DNA of 54,847 bases from Gammaproteobacteria bacterium UBA3498 (GTDB taxonomy: Bacteria > Pseudomonadota > Gammaproteobacteria > Pseudomonadales > Pseudohongiellaceae). Below, in pieces: positions 46,881 through 54,847 of this stretch (its first letter is position 1; every line of letters starts with the position of its first letter). The translations under genes and the position numbers were made by a program. The stretch spans positions 1 to 54,847 of the forward strand of contig DFQD01000096.1 in assembly GCA_002377605.1 (NCBI GenBank), in the 5' to 3' direction. The notes below the pieces were generated by a model, which was not told the origin of the DNA, did not search any database, and was given only the letters and a program-made list of their open reading frames with translations.

Positions 46881-49034
46881 ATGAATCTCTTCTCAGCCAA
46901 ATGTAGTTTCATCTTCGCAATTTTTTTGTTTTTAACAACAAATGTATTTGCCCAAGGGCTCGGCAACGTAAACGATGAGCGCGTAATTAACTCGTCCGAA
47001 ATCGAACCAGGTTCATGGCTCACTTACGGACAATCTTTTAAAGAACAGCGCTTCTCGCAATTAACCCAAATCAACACCGATACTGTTGCCCGACTCGGAC
47101 TTGCCTGGAGCAAACAAATCGGTGATTACAATATGAGAATGCAGGGCACCCCATTGGTAGTAGATGGCGTCATGTATGTATCGAACGGTTGGAGCGTTGT
47201 TTATGCATTGGATGCGGTAACAGGTGAAGAAATCTGGACCTACGACCCGGAAGTTGATCGCAGCTATATAAGATTGGCTTGTTGTGGACCTGCGCATAAT
47301 CGGGGCGTTGCAGTTTACGAAGGCAAAGTTTTTGTTGGTACCTTCGATGGGCGCCTGGTAGCAATCGATGCCAATACCGGTGAAGAAGTTTGGGATGTAG
47401 ATACCTGGATTCCAGCAGGACTTGGTAGATTCAACATTACTGGAGCACCCCGAGCAGCCGCGGGAAAAATTTATATCGGTCAAGGTAGTGGCGAATCGGG
47501 ACATCGTCGTGGTTATGTGACCGCTTATGATGCTGATAACGGTGAAGTAGCTTGGCGTTTCTTTTTAGTTCCCGGTGATCCCAGTAAACCATTCGAACAT
47601 CCTGAAATGGAATTAGCCGCTCAAACCTGGGGCGGTGAATGGTGGAAATATGGCGGTGGCGGCACGGCATGGAATTCCCTGGTTTACGATGAAGAATTTA
47701 ACTCTCTCTATATTGGTGTTGGTAATGGTGCGCCCTGGCCACGAGATATTCGATCTCCCGGCGGTGGGGATGATTTATTTCTTTCTACCATTGTTTCTGT
47801 CGACGTCGATACCGGACGGATGAATTGGTATTACCAAACAACTCCTGGAGATAACTGGGACTACAGTTCTGCAATGGACATGTCACTGGGTGAAATTGAA
47901 TTCGGTGGCGAGATCCGCAAGGTGGTTTTGCAAGCACCAAAGAATGGTTTCTTTTATGTCATCGATCGTAGCGATGGTGAACTGCTAAGAGCTCTCCCTT
48001 ATACCGATGGAATTGACTGGGCAACTCACGTAGATATGGAAACCGGGCGCCCGGTTGAGAACCCGGATGTTGTTTACGAAGTCGAACCACAATGGATTAT
48101 GCCGGCGAACTCCGGCGCCCATAATTGGGAACCGCAGTCATGGGATAACGAGTTGGGCCTAATGTACTTTTACTACCATGACATCGCCAACTTTTATTCA
48201 TTGGATGAAGGCTTTGTTGAAACTGGCGAGTATCAAATTCGTGAACGCGGCTTGAGTCTTGGTTGGGGTGAAGGTGAATATCGCCGGCGATTGATTGAAG
48301 AAGCAGGGCCACGTCCACCATCACAAGCCTTCATTGGCGCGTTCGATCCAATTACAGGAACATATAAGTGGCGGAAGGAACTCGAATCCGACTATAACGG
48401 TGGAGTAGTTGCCACCAGAGGCAATGTATTGTTTCAGCCAGAAGGCACCGGAGTTTTTTCAGTGCGGGACACTGAAGATGGCGAATTGATTTGGCAATAT
48501 CGGGCGCCGGGAACATTTAGATCAACTTCTGTGATGACTTATCAGGTAGGTGGCACACAGTATGTTGCAACGATGATGAATGGCAACAGAGCGATTGATC
48601 TTGGCGGAACGGTATTAGTATTCAAGTTAGATGGTGGCCATAACTTGCCTATCCCAGAAATAGCGCAAGCGGTTGTACCGGAACTCCCGGATGATGCATA
48701 CACGGTTGAACAACTTCGTGAAGGCGACAATTTGTACCACGCACAATGTGCCAGCTGTCATGGTGGAATCGGTGTTCCCAATGAAGTTGCAATCGTTGCA
48801 CCAGACCTTCGCTTAATGACATTGGATAACCACTCTGAAATGGCAGATATTGTTATCGGAGGTAGCCGTGCGCAACAAGGAATGCCAGATTTTGAAGAGG
48901 CGATTTCCGAAGAGCAATTGGAATCGATTCGTGCATTTGTTGTTGAACAGGCAAGACGTTTGCAGGAATTTCAGCAACAGAATCAGGAAGCTCTAGAAGC
49001 GACAGCTAACGAAGAAGCACTTAATCGTGCTTAA
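46881..49034 (+). CDS. Quinohemoprotein PQQ-dependent alcohol dehydrogenase (type II, with a C-terminal cytochrome c domain)
   Basis: Signal peptide. Vicinal Cys pair RLACCGPAHNRG. Propeller W-motifs. Catalytic region GDNWDYSS (Ser, not Asp, two residues after the Asp, which indicates the Ca-type). C-terminal heme motif CASCHG with downstream QGMPDF. Confidence 0.9.
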   Translation: MNLFSAKCSFIFAIFLFLTTNVFAQGLGNVNDERVINSSEIEPGSWLTYGQSFKEQRFSQLTQINTDTVARLGLAWSKQIGDYNMRMQGTPLVVDGVMYVSNGWSVVYALDAVTGEEIWTYDPEVDRSYIRLACCGPAHNRGVAVYEGKVFVGTFDGRLVAIDANTGEEVWDVDTWIPAGLGRFNITGAPRAAAGKIYIGQGSGESGHRRGYVTAYDADNGEVAWRFFLVPGDPSKPFEHPEMELAAQTWGGEWWKYGGGGTAWNSLVYDEEFNSLYIGVGNGAPWPRDIRSPGGGDDLFLSTIVSVDVDTGRMNWYYQTTPGDNWDYSSAMDMSLGEIEFGGEIRKVVLQAPKNGFFYVIDRSDGELLRALPYTDGIDWATHVDMETGRPVENPDVVYEVEPQWIMPANSGAHNWEPQSWDNELGLMYFYYHDIANFYSLDEGFVETGEYQIRERGLSLGWGEGEYRRRLIEEAGPRPPSQAFIGAFDPITGTYKWRKELESDYNGGVVATRGNVLFQPEGTGVFSVRDTEDGELIWQYRAPGTFRSTSVMTYQVGGTQYVATMMNGNRAIDLGGTVLVFKLDGGHNLPIPEIAQAVVPELPDDAYTVEQLREGDNLYHAQCASCHGGIGVPNEVAIVAPDLRLMTLDNHSEMADIVIGGSRAQQGMPDFEEAISEEQLESIRAFVVEQARRLQEFQQQNQEALEATANEEALNRA

Positions 49035-49089
49035 ATGCATTTAGATTTGCTAGCAAAAACTAATTTTTCAGGCGTGGCATAATATTGCT

Positions 49090-49539
49090 ATGCTAAAGTC
49101 GGTTCTTTTAAAACTCTTTTTCTATTCGTTTACAGTAAACACTTTTATGCTCTCTTGCCCCGGCGTATATTCAGCTGAAGAAGAGGTTCTGCTAACCATT
49201 GAAGGAAACCTTATAGATCGAATTGAATTAGTAGACGAAGACAGTGACGCCGATTTAGTTATAACTATTTACTATGATCTTCTCCCCAACGATGCAAGAG
49301 CTGATATCGAAATTCTGCGTGGAAGGTTAGAACGCTTACAACCAGATTATGAAGTCGCCTATCTCGCCGCGGACAGCGCGGAGATGGCAGAGGTGCGAGA
49401 TCAGATAGATGAAGAATGGGCGGTTATACAAGCAATTCACCTCTACTACTTCACTGCGCAAGTAGTGGACATTTTGAATCAGGCTTACATAAGTAACTTC
49501 GATGGCCTATTGCCAGAAGAGACTATAACGCCGGAGTAG
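49090..49539 (+). CDS. Hypothetical acidic protein with an N-terminal hydrophobic leader
   Basis: 149-aa ORF between the PQQ-ADH gene and a hydroxylase gene. No recognisable motif. Confidence 0.45.
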   Translation: MLKSVLLKLFFYSFTVNTFMLSCPGVYSAEEEVLLTIEGNLIDRIELVDEDSDADLVITIYYDLLPNDARADIEILRGRLERLQPDYEVAYLAADSAEMAEVRDQIDEEWAVIQAIHLYYFTAQVVDILNQAYISNFDGLLPEETITPE

Positions 49540-49544
49540 GAAAA

Positions 49545-50348
49545 TTGAATGGTTTAGATGCAAACTCGGAACCAGCAGTACGTTTAGGAGCCTTCATCCT
49601 AGTCCTTTCTATTCTGTTCTTAATGGAAGTAGTATCCCCTCGCCGTAAGCTCATTTACTCAAAATCCAAACGATGGCTCACAAATTTCAGTCTAAGCATT
49701 ACCAATGCACTAATTGTAAGTGTGTTTGTACCAGTTGCCGGTGTTGCGGCGGCCATTACGGCACAGAACAACGATTGGGGATTGTTCAATATGGTAAATC
49801 TTACTGCCTGGATCAGCATTCCTTTTTATCTTCTGATTTTTGACCTCACAATCTATTTTCAACACCGTATATTTCATGCTGTAAAACCATTATGGCGACT
49901 GCATCGTATGCATCATGCAGATTTGGACTATGACGTGTCGACAGGCATTCGTTTTCATCCAGTTTCAATTATTATTTCCAGCCTAGTTAAACTTGCTCTG
50001 ATTTTTCTCTTGGGACCATTGACTATCGCCGTATTGGTCGCCGATATGCTTTTGAATGCGACATCGATGTTTAATCACAGCAACTGGAAGATTCCGAAAG
50101 GATTAGAAGAGACTCTAAGACTAATTGTGGTTACGCCGGATGTCCATCGAGTTCATCACTCTACGAATCATGAAGAATACAGTCATAACTTCGGATTCAA
50201 TTTCCCCTGGTGGGACAGAATTTTTGGCACATATCAGGCGCAACCAGCACTTGGTCACGAAGAAATGAACGTTGGTATTAAGGGATTACAGGACAGGCAG
50301 TCAATCGAGTATTTCGCTCTATTGTCTCAACCGTTTAAAAGAGATTAA
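49545..50348 (+). CDS. Fatty acid hydroxylase/sterol desaturase superfamily membrane di-iron enzyme (second copy)
   Basis: His boxes HRIFH, HRMHHAD and HRVHHS with TM helices. TTG start. Confidence 0.8.
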   Translation: MNGLDANSEPAVRLGAFILVLSILFLMEVVSPRRKLIYSKSKRWLTNFSLSITNALIVSVFVPVAGVAAAITAQNNDWGLFNMVNLTAWISIPFYLLIFDLTIYFQHRIFHAVKPLWRLHRMHHADLDYDVSTGIRFHPVSIIISSLVKLALIFLLGPLTIAVLVADMLLNATSMFNHSNWKIPKGLEETLRLIVVTPDVHRVHHSTNHEEYSHNFGFNFPWWDRIFGTYQAQPALGHEEMNVGIKGLQDRQSIEYFALLSQPFKRD

Positions 50349-52429
50349 GCAGTCTGAGACTCTTCGCGGCGCAACCACACTGCAGTATCGTGGAATACAG
50401 CGCCACCAATACCATGGCCGGGATCGCTGCTGACCAAAGAATTAATTCCAATACCTTCAATAAAATTTTGGTTAGGCCAGATGCTTTCAACGATTACTAC
50501 GTCTTTTTGCAAATTGTCATAAACTTCTACATGCACAAGTACAGAAGCCTGATCATTTCCTACTCGCACTACTCCACCATCCTCTAAATCTAAAGACTCG
50601 CAGGTGTCAGAATGTATCTTCGCAGTAGGTCTACCCTCTCTGCGCTGTGAAGTTGGAGTTTCTGTAAAACTGCTGTTGAGAAACTGCCGTGCAGGTGCGG
50701 TAACTAATCGATAAGGTTTTGTGTTCGATTTTTTGTCGGTGACCGAATAGTGATCAGGAAACTCTGGCATAGATGTATTTACTTTGCCTAAGCGAGACCA
50801 GTCAGGAGAGAAATGAAACTTTTTATCAGGCGTTTCGAACCCATTCAGAAAGTGTGCTTCTTCGAAATCTCTGGCGCAATCTAGCCAGTTATTTTTATAA
50901 ATTTCTTCCGCTGAAGGAAAGCCACTTCTATTTAAAGTTTCTTCGATAAGCTCCCAAGTTGACATTTCAAAACCTGGATGCTCAGCACCAAGTCTTTTTG
51001 ATAACTCACAGATGACATAGTGATTAGGCCTGGCGTCAGCGTAGGGTTTGATGACAGGTTTAGCCACCTGTAAAAATGTATGCCCACCTGCAATGTAAAT
51101 GTCTTCATGTTCCAGGAAGGTAGTAGCTGGCAATACGATGTCGGCCATCGCTGCAGTGTCAGTCATAAATTGCTCATGCACACAAACAAAAAGGTCATTC
51201 CTTTCGAATCCCTTTTTTACTTTAAGAGATGAAGGAGAGACCATCATGGGATTAGTATTTTGAATTAGTAAGCCTGTTATGGGTGGACCACCCTGCAAGT
51301 CAATTGGATTACCGGAAAGAATTTCTCCAATACGTGATTGATCTAACACTCGCGTATTACGATCGATAACATCAGAACCAACTATTAGGGTTTTATCTAA
51401 CTTAAATAACTCAGCATTACTATACAGAGCTCCCCCACCTTTGTATTTCCAAGCACCAGTAATTGCGGGTAAGCAGGACGCTGCGTGCATATTGAACGCA
51501 CCATTCCGACTTCGCGTAAATCCATAACCGAAACGATAATAGGATTTTGGGTTTTGCCCGATTAATCTTGCAAATTCGATAATGGTAGCAGCAGATACTC
51601 CAGTTATAGCTTCTCCCCATTCAGGAGTCTTCCCTTCTAAGTGAACTTCAAGTTCAACACTAAAATCGGTGTACTCCGCAAGATATTCGCGATCGGCCAG
51701 ACCTTCTTTTAACAAAACGTGCATCAGCGTAGCAGCGAGCGCGCCATCACTTCCCGGCTGCAACATGATGTGCAGATCGGCGCGCTTGGCGGTCGCATTG
51801 CGATAAGGGTCGACTACCACGAGTTTCGCATTTCGCTTGCACGCCTGTGATACGTGATGCATTAGATTTACTTGGGTATGGACGGCATTAGTACCCCAAA
51901 GAACAACTACATCACTATGCTCACCAATCTCTCGCGCATCGACTCCTCGCTTAACTCCGGTTCCAACTTTCCATCCTGCATCTGATGCAGCAGAACAAAT
52001 TGTTGAATGTTGACGGGAATATCCCATGGCATGTCTGAGTCGCTCGATACCGTCTCTTTGTACCAACCCCATAGTGCCAGCATAGAAATGTGGCCAGATA
52101 GTTTCGTTACCATACTTTTTACTTAATTCCTTAAATCGGTCGGAAACCTCGTCTAGTGCTTCTTCCCAACTGATTTCTGCGAATGCTTCCAACCCCACTC
52201 CCTTGGAGCCGGTTCTCCTTAAAGGTTTGGTTAAGCGACCAGGATGATGAACGCGTTCAGCGTAATTGCCGACTTTTGCGCAAAGTGTGCCAGATGTATA
52301 AGAGTTACCTTTGGCGCCGTAGATCCTGCCGATAGTTTGCTCATCTAGCTTCTCGACTTCCAGTGCACAAACGCTGGGACAATCGTGAGGACAGGTACTT
52401 TGAACCCTAATTGGAGCAGTTTTTGCCAT
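50345..52429 (-). CDS. Cytoplasmic molybdopterin (bis-MGD) oxidoreductase family protein with an N-terminal 4Fe-4S motif
   Basis: 694 aa. CPHDCPSVCAL (Cx2Cx3C) at the N-terminus. MopB-like core (VVLWGTNAVHTQ). C-terminal dinucleotide-binding barrel (VVRVGNDQASVLVHVEV). No Tat signal. Confidence 0.85.
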   Translation of the reverse strand: MAKTAPIRVQSTCPHDCPSVCALEVEKLDEQTIGRIYGAKGNSYTSGTLCAKVGNYAERVHHPGRLTKPLRRTGSKGVGLEAFAEISWEEALDEVSDRFKELSKKYGNETIWPHFYAGTMGLVQRDGIERLRHAMGYSRQHSTICSAASDAGWKVGTGVKRGVDAREIGEHSDVVVLWGTNAVHTQVNLMHHVSQACKRNAKLVVVDPYRNATAKRADLHIMLQPGSDGALAATLMHVLLKEGLADREYLAEYTDFSVELEVHLEGKTPEWGEAITGVSAATIIEFARLIGQNPKSYYRFGYGFTRSRNGAFNMHAASCLPAITGAWKYKGGGALYSNAELFKLDKTLIVGSDVIDRNTRVLDQSRIGEILSGNPIDLQGGPPITGLLIQNTNPMMVSPSSLKVKKGFERNDLFVCVHEQFMTDTAAMADIVLPATTFLEHEDIYIAGGHTFLQVAKPVIKPYADARPNHYVICELSKRLGAEHPGFEMSTWELIEETLNRSGFPSAEEIYKNNWLDCARDFEEAHFLNGFETPDKKFHFSPDWSRLGKVNTSMPEFPDHYSVTDKKSNTKPYRLVTAPARQFLNSSFTETPTSQRREGRPTAKIHSDTCESLDLEDGGVVRVGNDQASVLVHVEVYDNLQKDVVIVESIWPNQNFIEGIGINSLVSSDPGHGIGGAVFHDTAVWLRREESQTA

Positions 52430-52614
52430 TAACTTTGTAGTTGCTTACGCGATCCACTTCGAAATCTAAGAATATCAAAAACATTGATAACGATCATCGT
52501 ATTCAGTGGTGAAGTTAACGCATAATTGTCACCTGTTGATGCGACATTGCGCCCCAAGTCAATAGGTTACAAAGAAGCTATAATGCACCCTGAATTTTAA
52601 TCGGTGAATTGTAT

Positions 52615-53628
52615 ATGCGGTTCCTACTAGCTCTAATACTTGGCGCTCACGTTATTGCAATTAGCCATGCAGCAACGTCAGCTGCGACTAATATCGGCTC
52701 TTCCAGCCAGGGAACCGCGCCGCTAAATGAATTTGGTCGGCCTGATTTTCAGGGCTATTGGTTCTTCGGTTCAAGAACACCTTTGCAACGCCCCTCGAAT
52801 CTGGGAGAAAAACAAACCTATACCATAGAGGAAGCCCGGGAGCTCGAACAGCGGATGCAGGAACAATTAGATCGTCAAGATGCACCGCTCGATCCTAATC
52901 GAGGCGCGCCTGAAAAAGGCGCAAGGATTGGTCAAGAAGCAGATGATGCATTTTTAGGTCACTTTGTCGAAGCGAAACTGTATCCAATCGATGGACAATA
53001 CAAAACATCGATCATAATGGATCCTCTAGACGGACGAATCCCGAGAAGAGAAGGGTTCATGGATTTTAATGCAAAGCGACGCGCCATTGGCCTAGCTGAC
53101 ACTGATGGACCTGAAGGGCAACCCTTATCTGGGAGATGTTTGATGTTTGGTGCTGCCGCTCCATCTCTTACACCGATGATGATGAACCCGAACTTACAAA
53201 TAGTTCAGACAGAAGACTATCTAATGATAATGACCGAAATGATTCATGACGCACGTATTATCAGAATTGGTGATGAACATTTCAAACATAATATTCCACA
53301 ATGGATGGGGGATTCAGTTGCCCATTGGGAAGGCGATACCTTGGTGGTTCACTCCAAAAATTTTCGACCGGAACAATCTTCTTCTCGTTCGATTATGATT
53401 TCAGAAGATTTCGAATTAATTGAGCGTTACACCTTAATTGGAGATGACGAAATTTATTATGGGTTTACGGTTCATGATGAACAAGCATATACCCAGCCAT
53501 TCAGTGGAGAACGCATACTCTCGCGCAATGCACCCGAAGAAAAAGTCTACGAGTTTGCCTGCCATGAAGGTAATTACTCTTTACCTGGCATATTGGCTGG
53601 TGCTCGACGCCTAGAAAGCGAAGAATAG
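52615..53628 (+). CDS. Exported protein of the uncharacterised PDLQGVW/ACHEGNY family (copy 7)
   Basis: Start placed at ATG 52615 (GGTGA 7 nt upstream); the track start at 52609 is TTG. Signal peptide ...AISHAATSA. Motifs PDFQGYW, TPLQRP, IIMDPLDGRIP, SGRCLMFG, LQIVQ, MIHDARIIRI, HWEGDTLVVHSKNF, ERYT, YEFACHEGNYSL. Confidence 0.8.
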   Translation: MRFLLALILGAHVIAISHAATSAATNIGSSSQGTAPLNEFGRPDFQGYWFFGSRTPLQRPSNLGEKQTYTIEEARELEQRMQEQLDRQDAPLDPNRGAPEKGARIGQEADDAFLGHFVEAKLYPIDGQYKTSIIMDPLDGRIPRREGFMDFNAKRRAIGLADTDGPEGQPLSGRCLMFGAAAPSLTPMMMNPNLQIVQTEDYLMIMTEMIHDARIIRIGDEHFKHNIPQWMGDSVAHWEGDTLVVHSKNFRPEQSSSRSIMISEDFELIERYTLIGDDEIYYGFTVHDEQAYTQPFSGERILSRNAPEEKVYEFACHEGNYSLPGILAGARRLESEE

Positions 53629-53689
53629 TTAGACGTAAAAACTTCCTGCACTTATTATTCGCTCTTCACAAAATCTTTGGTAAGAGCAC

Positions 53690-54313
53690 ATGTTCTACGA
53701 ACCGAGAAAGAAAAATCACGGACTTCCAAAAAACCCTTTTAACTCTTTAGTAATTCCACGACCCATAGGCTGGATAAGTAGCATCGACAAACATGGTGTA
53801 CACAATCTGGCCCCGTATAGCTTTTTTAATGCTGTTAGTTATTCTCCACCCACAGTTATGTTTTCGTCTGGGGTTGGTATCGCCGATGACAAAACAAAAG
53901 ACTCGGCTCGAAATGTAGAAGCAAGTGGCGAGTTCGTTTGCAATCTTTCTACCTGGGACACACGGGAGCAAATGAATAAGTCTTCAGCAACGCTGCCTCC
54001 TGAAACCGATGAGATTGCTTTAACCGGACTAACTCCAATTGATTCAATGCTGATTAGCGTGCCCAGGATTGCCGAAGCACCAGTGAATCTTGAATGCAAA
54101 TATCTCAAAACAGTTGAGATTCCCGGATGGAATGAAGGAGATGTTTATAAAGTGTTATTCGGTGAGGTAATTGGCATTCACATCAATGATGATTTTATTA
54201 CCGATGAAGGCCTTATCGATATCACGAAAATGAAACCAATTGGACGTTTGGGTTATAACGACTATGCTCGAGTCGATGTAGATTCTTCTTTTACACTGGT
54301 GCGACCGCCCTAA
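53690..54313 (+). CDS. Flavin reductase family protein (FMN-binding split barrel)
   Basis: PRPIGWISSIDKHGVHNLAPYSFFNAVSYSPPTVMFS is the characteristic N-terminal pattern of this family. Confidence 0.8.
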   Translation: MFYEPRKKNHGLPKNPFNSLVIPRPIGWISSIDKHGVHNLAPYSFFNAVSYSPPTVMFSSGVGIADDKTKDSARNVEASGEFVCNLSTWDTREQMNKSSATLPPETDEIALTGLTPIDSMLISVPRIAEAPVNLECKYLKTVEIPGWNEGDVYKVLFGEVIGIHINDDFITDEGLIDITKMKPIGRLGYNDYARVDVDSSFTLVRPP

Positions 54314-54319
54314 CTGACT

Positions 54320-54847
54320 TTATAATTCTTCGGGATCAAGCGATATCATTTGAGTCGGATGATAACGATCGCCAATCACTGCCCCGTTAGCGAATATTTC
54401 GCAAGCTTTGTTTAAGTCAGCTTTGCTAATATTTAATTCAGCAGCTCCGGCGTTTTCTTCCACAAACTTTACGTGTTTTGTCCCAGGAATTGGCACGAAG
54501 TCTGGATCCTGAGCCATCACCCAAGCAAGTGCTAATTGAGCTGGAGTGCAGGAATAGTCCTCCGCTATAGATATGAACTCATCTACCAGTTGCAGATTGT
54601 GGTCAATATTTTCATCAGAAAAGCGAGGCATAGTTTTACGCATATCTCCCTCTTCCAATTCTTCTATATTGCTAACAACCCCTGTAAGAAATGCTCTGCC
54701 CAGAGGACTAAAGGGCACAAATCCAATGCCTAATTCCTTACAACAATCTAAAACTTTATATTCAGGGTCTCTAGTCCACAGTGAGTATTCAGACTGAACC
54801 GCACAGATAGGATGTTCATTGTGCGCTTTACGAATTGTTTCCGAGGA
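54320..54847 (-). CDS. Aldo/keto reductase; N-terminal part lies outside the window
   Basis: The track start at 54718 is an internal GTG. The frame stays open to the window edge and reads SSETIRKAHNEHPICAVQSEYSLWTRDPEYKVLDCCKELGIGFVPFSPLGRAFLTG..., a classic AKR C-terminal half. Confidence 0.85.
   Translation of the reverse strand, partial: SSETIRKAHNEHPICAVQSEYSLWTRDPEYKVLDCCKELGIGFVPFSPLGRAFLTGVVSNIEELEEGDMRKTMPRFSDENIDHNLQLVDEFISIAEDYSCTPAQLALAWVMAQDPDFVPIPGTKHVKFVEENAGAAELNISKADLNKACEIFANGAVIGDRYHPTQMISLDPEEL

Noticed and set aside
47061-48730. Minus-strand ORFs inside the PQQ-ADH gene
   Set aside because: They are antisense shadow ORFs. The plus-strand gene has diagnostic PQQ-ADH and heme c motifs.
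49046-49057. Perfect 12-nt palindrome TTTGCTAGCAAA after the PQQ-ADH stop
   Set aside because: It is too short and has no loop, so it cannot act as a terminator. A single occurrence with no partner site gives insufficient evidence for an operator.
1-54847. Search for CRISPR arrays, tRNA/rRNA genes, transposases, integrases, toxin-antitoxin or known defence-system genes
   Set aside because: I found no regularly spaced repeats, no cloverleaf-like or rRNA-like segments in the short intergenic gaps, and no ORF with recombinase, nuclease, ATPase or defence hallmarks. This was inspection by eye only, so tRNAscan-SE, Infernal and PADLOC/DefenseFinder should confirm it.

Overview
This is a 54.8-kb chromosomal segment from a Gram-negative bacterium. 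A marine gammaproteobacterium is my guess from gene content only. It carries about 46 tightly packed CDS on both strands. I saw no rRNA, tRNA, CRISPR array, transposase, integrase or phage genes. All family calls come from motifs read by eye in the supplied translations, because no searches could be run. About 28 of the CDS carry Sec, Tat or lipoprotein-like signals, or are outer-membrane proteins. The exported set includes Ior-like Mo/2Fe-2S dehydrogenase subunits, a quinohemoprotein PQQ alcohol dehydrogenase, amidohydrolases, an NHL propeller and a TonB-dependent receptor. It also includes a TAXI-TRAP binding protein, a class-C beta-lactamase-like hydrolase, and exported versions of normally cytoplasmic enzymes: isochorismatase-like, RidA, cupin, FMN alpha-hydroxyacid dehydrogenase, threonine-aldolase-like and MBL. 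Other genes include an ABC ATPase plus a permease fused to an M1 aminopeptidase, a carotenoid/lignostilbene-type oxygenase, TauD, two fatty-acid-hydroxylase genes and a bis-MGD molybdoenzyme. The outstanding feature is a seven-copy expansion of an exported protein family that I cannot assign to any named family (motifs PDLQGVW, ERC, WEGDTLVV, YEYACHEGNY). One copy is fused to tandem VOC/glyoxalase domains. Two copies are divergently transcribed and share a 65-nt near-identical inverted repeat inside their coding 5' ends. Two copies share a conserved 17-18 nt upstream motif. The family sits in operons with oxygenases and redox enzymes, which suggests an undescribed periplasmic catabolic component.
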